DNA from: Acidimicrobiia bacterium
Lineage (GTDB): Bacteria > Actinomycetota > Acidimicrobiia > Spongiisociales > ZC4RG35
Assembly (NCBI GenBank): GCA_040510135.1
Contig: JBEVJN010000077.1
Location: forward strand, 249 to 64,248
DNA length: 64,000 nucleotides
Reading direction: 5' to 3'
A program made the position numbers and the translations under genes. Within the stretch, counting starts at the first letter, position 1; every line of letters starts with the position of its first letter. Shown here one piece after another: positions 57,083-64,000 of this stretch. The notes under the pieces were generated by a model. The model was not told the origin of the DNA. It saw nothing but the letters and a program-made list of their open reading frames with translations, and searched no databases.

Positions 57083-57894
57083 ACGCCGGACTCGGCGCCG
57101 TAGCCGAATTCCCTCAAGAGGCCGGACAGCTCGACTTCGATCTTGGAGACCTGTGATTCATCGAGTCGACCCTCCCACGCCTCTCGATGGATGCTGCCCG
57201 GTCTTCCCATCGGAGCACTGACCGGAGTCCTCTTGTCGGCTTCAGCTCTCAAGAAGGCATCAACTTCCGGATGGTTTTCCAAGCCGAGGAAGGTGAATAT
57301 TCCCTGCACAGTCGAGTGTCCATCTTCGACGAGACTCTCGAAGTGGATCTCGTGGTAGCGGTCCTCTCCTACGATCATTCCGAAGCTGTGAGCGTGTGTC
57401 ACGAAGGCACGCCATGCTTCGATCGCCTCATCGAAGCCGAGCCACCCCTTCGACAGGATGGATGCAACGACCGCCCGGGGATCACGAATGATGTGGACAT
57501 ATTGGCCCTCTGGAAAGAGTCGGTCCATCGTCGCCAGAGCCTCGGAATCCTGGTCGCCGTCGGCGTACTGGGGATACTTGTCTCCCCATCGCTGACCCGG
57601 TCGAGCCCCAAGATCGCGGTATATCTGCTCGACCACGCGCGGGACCTGTTGCCACAGGCTCTCGATGACCTCGTCACGCGAAGTGGCGAGGAGACGACGC
57701 GTCCCAACCCAACGATTGAGCATCCGGCTGAACAAGAGCATGAGGCGGGTCTCATTGGTCAGGAAGATCTCGGGGTGATGGTCGAGGACCCGCGCCAGGA
57801 AGGTCGTTCCCGACCGAGGGGCCCCGATGACCCAGAACGGTGGGGCCATCGGCGTCTCGACCGGAGGTTCTTGCTTGGGGGGTCGACGCAACAT
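57079..57894 (-). CDS. Sulfotransferase-family protein (PAPS-dependent)
   Basis: 5'-PSB P-loop FWVIGAPRSGTTFL and 3'-PB HIIRDPRAV. The start was set at the internal Met (MLRRPP) of the track ORF 57079..58053. Confidence 0.7.
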   Translation of the reverse strand: MLRRPPKQEPPVETPMAPPFWVIGAPRSGTTFLARVLDHHPEIFLTNETRLMLLFSRMLNRWVGTRRLLATSRDEVIESLWQQVPRVVEQIYRDLGARPGQRWGDKYPQYADGDQDSEALATMDRLFPEGQYVHIIRDPRAVVASILSKGWLGFDEAIEAWRAFVTHAHSFGMIVGEDRYHEIHFESLVEDGHSTVQGIFTFLGLENHPEVDAFLRAEADKRTPVSAPMGRPGSIHREAWEGRLDESQVSKIEVELSGLLREFGYGAESGV

Positions 57895-57908
57895 GTCGGC
57901 GGGATCCT

Positions 57909-58616
57909 CTAGTCCAGCATCCACTCGTATTCGGTGCCAGACAACAACGCGGCGATCTCGTGGTAGTTCGACACCATCGATTCGAGTCTGTCTGCCCCGG
58001 TTCGGTCCAGGCCGGGTCGCACCTCCTCCGGGTTGATGCCGATGAAATCGCACACGGACGCGTAGGCCTTGACCGGATCGACCGCAACGTCGTCCTCATA
58101 GGTGAGATGAAGGGCGGCCCGGTCGGAGAGAGCCGACTTCAGATCCGCCTCCCCTTGCTTCATCTCCTCGAAGACCGCGAGCAGCGGCTGTCGTGGCCCG
58201 AATGGCACAGCATTCAGATCGACCCGGACACTTGTGTCCGGCATGGTCTCGTCCGAGGTCCGGTGCCAACGTCGCCTCTCGCGGCCGATCACACCCGACA
58301 CAACGCGTCGCAGGTAGTTGTGTCGGTGCAGTGTCACGTAGTGGTTGACGCCGACCGAGTCGGTGAGATCGAGAAGACCGGCCAGGTCGAGACCGAGGAT
58401 CCGCGGGTGGTGCGATGGGAGGTACTTGATCTCGAACCCATAGATCTCAGGAGTGTCACCGATCCGGTTGATGAGGAACTCTCGGGGCGGAACCTCCTCG
58501 AACCCGATCTTTGACCGGACCTTGTCCTCGAACACCTCACCATCCCAGGAGATTGCCGGGTGCCGGCCGAGCATCTCTGCCACGACCGTGCTGCCACAAC
58601 GGCCGACATGGAGCAT
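57909..58616 (-). CDS. Stf0-like sulfotransferase (start uncertain: 58616, 58697 or 58718)
   Basis: P-loop-like AMLHVGRCGSTVVAEML near the N-terminus. The size (~235-269 aa) and layout match the Stf0 family. The assignment is tentative. Confidence 0.45.
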   Translation of the reverse strand: MLHVGRCGSTVVAEMLGRHPAISWDGEVFEDKVRSKIGFEEVPPREFLINRIGDTPEIYGFEIKYLPSHHPRILGLDLAGLLDLTDSVGVNHYVTLHRHNYLRRVVSGVIGRERRRWHRTSDETMPDTSVRVDLNAVPFGPRQPLLAVFEEMKQGEADLKSALSDRAALHLTYEDDVAVDPVKAYASVCDFIGINPEEVRPGLDRTGADRLESMVSNYHEIAALLSGTEYEWMLD

Positions 58617-58711
58617 CGCGACTGTCGTTCGGGGGGCCAGCACAGAGAGACTGTAAGAGAAGTGCGCCCGTTGGACACAACCGCGAAAAGGCCTCATTAC
58701 ATTCGACGGCA

Positions 58712-60391
58712 ATGGCATTGGCTTCGCCGACGGAAGTGGGTGAGCCAGGCTCCGTCGAGGGATCTGGGAGCGGAGCTGGTTGGCACTGGGTGGTGCTGGC
58801 CCTCATCTTTGCCATCGCACTAGGGGCACGTCTCTGGAGCATCGACCATGGCCTCCCGGCGGTCTTCAATCCCGACGAGGCGTCCCATTTCGTCCCTCGG
58901 GCTGTCCGATTCCATCTGACAGGCGGGTTCGATCCTGGCTACTTCTTGAACCCTCCTCTGATCACCTACGTGTTCTACCTCGCGTTCGCCGTTTGGTTCG
59001 GCGGCAGCGACGGTGTGGCCGCCATCGCGGCGTCCGATCCAGCCACGCCTTATCTGGTGGGTCGTGTCGTCATTGCCGCCGTAGGGGCCGTTGGGGCCAT
59101 CGTCGTGTATCTGGTGGGACGGGTCCTGATCGATCGTCGTGCCGGCCTCGTGGCCGCGTTGTTAATGGCTGTCTCATTCCTCCCGGTCCATTGGTCACAT
59201 TTCGCCACCAACGACGTGGCAGCCATGGTGGCCGGCACCGTCTCGCTGCTGGGGTCTGTGCTCGTCCTCAAGAAACATCACCTTGGTGGCTATGCCCTTG
59301 CCGGCGTCGGCCTGGGGCTGGCAAGCGGGACCAAATACACCGCTGGCATCGTGATCCTGCCTCTCCTTGCCGCGGCCGTGATCCACTGGCGCTCCGAGCA
59401 TTGGCGGGCGGTGCTCGGACTTCTCATCGCCGGCGCATCTTCGATCGCCGCCTTCCTGCTGGCGGTTCCCACACTGATGACAGACACCCAGTCCGTTCTC
59501 GATGACCTGGTCCGATTCGATCCCTCGGGAGGCACGGCACCGAAGATCGGCCAGGCACAGGAGAACGGTCACCTCTACTACGGGTGGGTGCTCACCTGGG
59601 GGCTGGGGTGGTTGGCATGCGCCTTGGCAGTCGTTGGTGCGATCTGGTCGCTGATTCGGGACCGGAAGGTGGCCGCCATCCTGCTTCCGGCGCCCGTTGC
59701 CTATATCGCCTTCATGGGCGGGCAGGCGGCATTCTTCGGGAGATGGCTGCTTCCGGTCTTCCCGTTCGTGATTCTCCTCGCCGCCCTCGGAGTGGTTCGC
59801 CTGACCGCCGCGATTACCGAGCGTCTGGACTGGTCACCGACTCCGTTGCTGGTCGTGGCCACGGTTCTCGTGTGTCTCCAGTCCGTGATCCACGTGGTGC
59901 GGATGAACGACCTTCTTAGCCGCACCGACACCAGAGCCGAGGCGGTGCAATGGATGCGGGACAACCTCCCCGCCGGCAGCCGTTTCATCAACTCCGGTGT
60001 GCTGGTGCGGCCGATGATCGACGAGGACCCGAGCACTCGTGCGGTCGAGAGCAGATGGGAGGTGACCTCGCTGAACGGCAACCAGTCCACGGTCGGGGCC
60101 CGTCCCAGCATGCTCGACCAGTACGAGAAGGAAGGCTGGTGCTGGGTGTCTGCGTCGAGTCTCTTCTATGACCGGTTGTTCGCCGACGAGCACCTCCGCC
60201 CCGCGGGCGCCGCCTACTACCGGGAGCTGGAGGAGCGTGGGGAGGTCGTGTTCCGTGCCACGCCATATCGGTCTGGGGCCGCACCCGTCCCCTTCAACTT
60301 CGATTGGGCGACGAATCTCTACCCCTTCGAGTTCGAGCAGCCTGGAGGAGAGGTGACCATCTACCGCTTGCATGGAGGTGCCTGCGCCTAG
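58712..60391 (+). CDS. GT-C glycosyltransferase of the PMT_2/ArnT (GT39/GT83-like) family, polyprenol-P-sugar dependent
   Basis: WHWVVLALIFAIALGARLW...FNPDEASH... is the typical ArnT/PMT N-terminus with a periplasmic DE motif, then ~11 TM helices and a C-terminal soluble domain. The start was set at MALASPTEV (Met68 of the track ORF). Confidence 0.7.
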   Translation: MALASPTEVGEPGSVEGSGSGAGWHWVVLALIFAIALGARLWSIDHGLPAVFNPDEASHFVPRAVRFHLTGGFDPGYFLNPPLITYVFYLAFAVWFGGSDGVAAIAASDPATPYLVGRVVIAAVGAVGAIVVYLVGRVLIDRRAGLVAALLMAVSFLPVHWSHFATNDVAAMVAGTVSLLGSVLVLKKHHLGGYALAGVGLGLASGTKYTAGIVILPLLAAAVIHWRSEHWRAVLGLLIAGASSIAAFLLAVPTLMTDTQSVLDDLVRFDPSGGTAPKIGQAQENGHLYYGWVLTWGLGWLACALAVVGAIWSLIRDRKVAAILLPAPVAYIAFMGGQAAFFGRWLLPVFPFVILLAALGVVRLTAAITERLDWSPTPLLVVATVLVCLQSVIHVVRMNDLLSRTDTRAEAVQWMRDNLPAGSRFINSGVLVRPMIDEDPSTRAVESRWEVTSLNGNQSTVGARPSMLDQYEKEGWCWVSASSLFYDRLFADEHLRPAGAAYYRELEERGEVVFRATPYRSGAAPVPFNFDWATNLYPFEFEQPGGEVTIYRLHGGACA

Positions 60392-60404
60392 CCTCGCGTA
60401 GCTC

Positions 60405-61262
60405 GTGAAGACTCCCAATCTCTCCGTGGTCGTTCTCGCATGGAACAAGCTGGAGTTGACCCGGCATTGTGTCGACTCGATTCGGTCAGGAACACGTGAT
60501 GACTACGAGCTGATCCTGGTCGACAACGGCTCGACGGATGGGGGCGCCGATTTTGCATCCGCCGCGGCCGACAAGGCGGTGATCAACGCGGAGAATCTCG
60601 GTTTTGCCGCCGGGAACAACTCAGGGCTCGCAGTTGCCATCGGTACCCACGTGGCGTTCGTCAACAACGACACCGTCTTGCCGGCGGGATGGGATGTGTC
60701 GCTCACCGGGATCCTCGACGCCGAGCCGCACACCGGGATGGTCCTACCCGCCGTGACCGCTGCAGGCAACCCGGTGACGGTCAGAACCGAGCCCGGGGAG
60801 ATCGTCGAGGTCTTGCTCCCCTTTGGCGAGTTTCCCAGCGGTGTCGTTGTGGTGATGAGGAGATCTCAGATCGAGGGGTTGGGTGGCTGGAACGAGGAGT
60901 ATGAGCGAGCCAGTGGGGAGGATCTCGACCTGGCCTTCACGGTCTGGGCCCACGGCCTCGACGTGGTAGTCGACACCAGGGTCCTCGTGGAGCATGCGTC
61001 TCAGGCCAGCATGAAGGAGGTCCCCGGGCTGACCGCCCTCTACCGGAACAACCTCGAACGATTCCTCGACCGCTGGGACACAGGGCCCGACGGGCCGATG
61101 CTGGACACGATCGACCGCACGGACTATCTCCGAAACCTGGACCGAGCCAGGACAGCGGTGACATGGATTCGGCGGATGATGGCGGCCCGCGACGAGGCGA
61201 TGGCACTGAGGAGAGCGGTCGATGAGCCCTCGACCAGGCCCTGGTTCAGATCCAGGTCCTGA
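60405..61262 (+). CDS. GT2 glycosyltransferase
   Basis: LSVVVLAWNKLELTRHCVDSI...LILVDNGSTDG...FVNNDTV is the GT-A fold with the DxD motif. Confidence 0.8.
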   Translation: MKTPNLSVVVLAWNKLELTRHCVDSIRSGTRDDYELILVDNGSTDGGADFASAAADKAVINAENLGFAAGNNSGLAVAIGTHVAFVNNDTVLPAGWDVSLTGILDAEPHTGMVLPAVTAAGNPVTVRTEPGEIVEVLLPFGEFPSGVVVVMRRSQIEGLGGWNEEYERASGEDLDLAFTVWAHGLDVVVDTRVLVEHASQASMKEVPGLTALYRNNLERFLDRWDTGPDGPMLDTIDRTDYLRNLDRARTAVTWIRRMMAARDEAMALRRAVDEPSTRPWFRSRS

Positions 61263-62085
61263 GCTCGGTCACCAGCTCCCCAATCGACTCGCGCCAGTGG
61301 GGTAGCGGCTCGAGTCCGATGCCCTCGAGCCGCTCCGAGGCGAGTACGGAGTACGCCGGCCGGCGGGCCGGAGTCGGGTAATCCTGCGTCTCACAAGGCG
61401 AGAGCCTGGAGACGTCGAGGTCGGCGAGCCCGACGCTGGTTCTGGCCAGCTCGTACCAGGTGGTCTCTCCCTGGTTGGTGAGATGAAGCAGCCCGGACGC
61501 CCCGGAACGCAAAGCGGCGTAGCTGACCCGAGCCAGATCGGCCGCCACGGTCGGATTGCCCCGTTGGTCGTCCACCACCCGCAGATCATGTTCCCTGACC
61601 CTCCGCAGGATGGTGGCGACGAAGTTGGGGTGACTCCCCGAGATCACCCATGAAGTTCGCACGACGAGAGTCCCCTGATCAACGGCTAAGGACTCGCCCA
61701 GCAGCTTGGAGCGTCCGTAGGCGTTGATCGGGCTGGTCGGGGAGGACTCGACATATGGCCGGTCAGCGAGCCCGTCGAAGACATAATCGGTCGAGAATGT
61801 GAGCATTGGCCGCGAGCGGTGCGCAGCCCACTCGGCAAGGACTCCCACCGCCACCGTGTTGATTGTTGTGGCCAGCCCTTCTTCTTCCTCGGCTCGATCG
61901 ACCGCCGTGTAGGCGGCACAGTTGATCACTACTGAGGGGTCGAGCGCATCCAGAGTGGGGGCGATGTCGTCGAGACGGGTCAGATCGAGGTCAGCGTGTG
62001 AGAGCCCGTTCGCGTCGTCGCCGAGGAGACGGGTGAAGGCGGTGCCCAGTTGGCCGCCCCCACCGAGGACGGCTATGCCTCTGAT
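61246..62085 (-). CDS. rmlD: dTDP-4-dehydrorhamnose reductase. The N-terminal Rossmann motif lies upstream of the first ATG (61929) and no canonical start codon is visible upstream.
   Basis: Track ORF 61246..61929 starts at MINCAAYTAVD, which is the middle of RmlD. In-frame upstream translation gives ...RGIAVLGGGGQLGTAFTRLLGDDANGLSHADLDLTRLDDIAPTLDALDPSV. This is the RmlD N-terminal NAD(P)-binding loop. There is no ATG/GTG/TTG before the in-frame stop at 62134-62136. Confidence 0.75.
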   Translation of the reverse strand: MRGIAVLGGGGQLGTAFTRLLGDDANGLSHADLDLTRLDDIAPTLDALDPSVVINCAAYTAVDRAEEEEGLATTINTVAVGVLAEWAAHRSRPMLTFSTDYVFDGLADRPYVESSPTSPINAYGRSKLLGESLAVDQGTLVVRTSWVISGSHPNFVATILRRVREHDLRVVDDQRGNPTVAADLARVSYAALRSGASGLLHLTNQGETTWYELARTSVGLADLDVSRLSPCETQDYPTPARRPAYSVLASERLEGIGLEPLPHWRESIGELVTELRTWI

Positions 62086-62948
62086 CGATGCTCCTCGACA
62101 ACTCGGGCCACATACTCGCGGTATGTGGAGTTAGGCATCGCAGACAGGGTGGCTTCCATTTCCTCCAAGGTCACCAGGCCCTTTTCCAGGGCGATCTCCT
62201 CCAGACAGGCGATCTTGAGGCCCTGCCGGTGCTCGATGGTGGCGATGAAGTTGGCCGCTTCGAGCAGAGAATCGTGGGTGCCGCTGTCCAGCCATGCGAT
62301 CCCACGTCCCAACCGGATAGCCCGAAGGGTCCCCTCTTCCATGTAAGCGCGGTTGAGATCGGTGATCTCCAGTTCGCCCCGTGCTGACGGATTGAGCTTC
62401 TTGGTCATCTCCACGACCCTCCCGTCGTAGAGGTAGAAGCCGGGCACTGCCAGGTTCGACTTGGGCTGGGCCGGCTTCTCCTCGAGCGAAAGTACCTTGC
62501 CGTCATCGGCGAGTTCGACGACGCCGTATCGGACCGGGTCGGAAACCGGGTATCCGAAGACGAGGGCACCGATGGCAAATCCTTCCACGATTTCAGCCAG
62601 GCCGAGCGCACCATGAAAGATGTTGTCACCGAGGATGAGGGCCACGGGGTCGGTGCCCACGAATGCTTCGCCCACGAGGAAGGCCTGGGCGATGCCACCG
62701 GGATGCTCTTGGACGACATACTCGATCGACAGCCCCCAGAGTGCGCCATCGCCGAGCAAATCTCTGAAACGCGGGGTGTCGTGTGGTGTGGAGATGAGGA
62801 GTATCTCCGAGATGCCGGCCTCCATCAGCGTGGCCAGCGGGTAATAGACCATCGGCTTGTCGTAGACCGGCTGCAATTGCTTGCTGGCGACCCTGGTCAT
62901 CGGGTCGAGCCTGGTGCCGGCCCCCCCGGCGAGGACGATGCCCTTCAC
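62073..62948 (-). CDS. rmlA: Glucose-1-phosphate thymidylyltransferase
   Basis: KGIVLAGGAGTRLDPMTRVASKQLQPVYDKPMVYYPL... is the canonical RmlA. The start is taken as GTG at 62948, giving (M)KGIVLAGG and overlapping the rmlB stop as GTGA. Alternative ATG at 62978. Confidence 0.9.
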   Translation of the reverse strand: MKGIVLAGGAGTRLDPMTRVASKQLQPVYDKPMVYYPLATLMEAGISEILLISTPHDTPRFRDLLGDGALWGLSIEYVVQEHPGGIAQAFLVGEAFVGTDPVALILGDNIFHGALGLAEIVEGFAIGALVFGYPVSDPVRYGVVELADDGKVLSLEEKPAQPKSNLAVPGFYLYDGRVVEMTKKLNPSARGELEITDLNRAYMEEGTLRAIRLGRGIAWLDSGTHDSLLEAANFIATIEHRQGLKIACLEEIALEKGLVTLEEMEATLSAMPNSTYREYVARVVEEHRSEA

Positions 62949-63916
62949 GGAGTTGCCTTCTTCAAAGGCCGCCACCATTCCTCGCGGCTCCGGTACCAAT
63001 CGACTGTGTCACTCAGACGCTCGTCGAATGGGTGTGCCGGCGCCCAGCCGAGGGCACGAATCTTGGAGGAATCCACGGCATACCTGAGGTCATGTCCTTT
63101 TCGGTCCTCCACGTATTCGATCGACGATTCGTCTTTGCCCATGATCTCGAGCATGCGCCGCGTGAGATCGAGGTTGGTCATCTGCGCATTGGCCCCGATG
63201 TTGTAGATCTCACCCGTTGTGCCGGCGTCGACAAGCGTGTGAAGGGCCGAGCAATGATCCTCGACATAGAGCCAGTCCCGCTCGTTGGATCCGGTCCCAT
63301 AGAGGGGCACCTTGCGCTCGTCGATGAGGTTCGTGACAAAGAGGGGGATGACCTTCTCCGGGAACTGATAAGGCCCGTAGTTGTTGGTGCATCTGGTGAC
63401 GATCACCGGGTAATCGAAGGTGACCCGATATGAGAGAGCGATCAGATCGCTGCCAGCCTTGGACGCGGAGTAGGGGGACGATGGGTCCAGCAGAGCAGTC
63501 TCCGGGGCGAACCCCTCGGCCACCGACCCGTACACCTCGTCGGTGGACACGTGGATGAACCTGGGAACCCGGTTCCGAGCAGCGGCGTCTAGAACCACAC
63601 CGGTTCCCACCACATTCGTATCCAGAAACACCGACGGGCCGGTGATCGACCGATCCACGTGGCTCTCGGCGGCAAAGTGCACCAACACGTCGACGTCTCG
63701 GGCGAGACTGTTCACGAGATCAGCATCACGAATGTCACCGAGCACGAAGTTGTGCCCCGGGTATCGATCCAACTCGTCGACAGTCGTCTTCACCCCCGCA
63801 TAGGTGAGGAGGTCCAAGTTGGTCACCAAGGCGTCGGGTTCGTTCTCCAACACGTAGCGAACGAAATTCGACCCGATGAAGCCGGCTCCGCCGGTCACGA
63901 GGTACTTGCGTGGCAC
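62945..63916 (-). CDS. rmlB: dTDP-glucose 4,6-dehydratase
   Basis: YLVTGGAGFIGSNFV Rossmann loop and catalytic YSASKAGSD. Full-length 323 aa. Confidence 0.95.
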   Translation of the reverse strand: MPRKYLVTGGAGFIGSNFVRYVLENEPDALVTNLDLLTYAGVKTTVDELDRYPGHNFVLGDIRDADLVNSLARDVDVLVHFAAESHVDRSITGPSVFLDTNVVGTGVVLDAAARNRVPRFIHVSTDEVYGSVAEGFAPETALLDPSSPYSASKAGSDLIALSYRVTFDYPVIVTRCTNNYGPYQFPEKVIPLFVTNLIDERKVPLYGTGSNERDWLYVEDHCSALHTLVDAGTTGEIYNIGANAQMTNLDLTRRMLEIMGKDESSIEYVEDRKGHDLRYAVDSSKIRALGWAPAHPFDERLSDTVDWYRSREEWWRPLKKATP

Positions 63917-64000
63917 CCGCTCAACCTATGCGAAGACTTACGGGTCGCGCAAGTGCGGAGCCTCAGAGCTCGTGCGACGGGGAGTCCTGTAGCTGATCAA

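Noticed and set aside
57187-58514. Plus-strand ORFs 57187..57912 and 57840..58514 over the sulfotransferase genes
   Set aside because: The minus-strand frames carry PAPS-binding P-loop motifs (GAPRSGTTFL, GRCGST). The plus-strand translations have no features.
1-64000. CRISPR arrays, tRNA/rRNA genes, transposases/integrases
   Set aside because: No short direct-repeat/spacer arrays, no cloverleaf-compatible sequences in intergenic regions, and no transposase or integrase-like ORFs were seen. The only repeats are the protein-level SLH-like modules.

Overview
This window is a high-GC (~68%) Actinomycetota chromosomal segment, almost entirely coding, with no tRNA/rRNA, CRISPR array or mobile element detected. 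The left ~26 kb is conserved actinobacterial core. It holds secA (N-terminus, truncated by the window edge), a NarL-type response regulator, comF-like, then ahcY, a SIS-type PGI/PMI, an unlisted Trm112-like small ORF and manB as a translationally coupled run. Next come a GT2/GT-C glycosylation pair, a DUF3499 cluster of small zinc-binding proteins, a DUF5719 protein plus a giant GT2-membrane fusion, cofD-cofE (F420), ugd, an LCP protein, birA, accD5-accA, an LpdA-like oxidoreductase, an MCM-family large subunit and a class A PBP with PASTA domains. From ~29 kb onward the window is a large cell-envelope glycan locus. It encodes a Wzx flippase, a WbaP-like phosphotransferase, several GT2/GT4/GT-C transferases, methyltransferases, a UDP-ManNAc/GlcNAc 6-dehydrogenase, two sulfotransferases and rmlB-rmlA-rmlD. 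The most interesting part lies at ~43.3-56.4 kb. Five secreted proteins (SpoIID-like, PQQ sugar dehydrogenase, S8 subtilase, M23 endopeptidase and a small protein) share 13 copies of a ~55-aa SLH-like repeat that carries a conserved Cys pair (GITxGCNPPxNxxFCPxxxVTRGQMAxFLxRAL). They sit beside an unusual 832-aa GT2-GT2-polysaccharide-pyruvyltransferase (CsaB-like) fusion, a CgeB-like GT and a MurG-like GT. Together this looks like a secondary-cell-wall-polymer pyruvylation plus SLH-anchoring system in an actinobacterium. Many large ORFs in the supplied track are antisense or out-of-frame artefacts of high GC and were rejected. No database search was run, so all family assignments rest on motif recognition.
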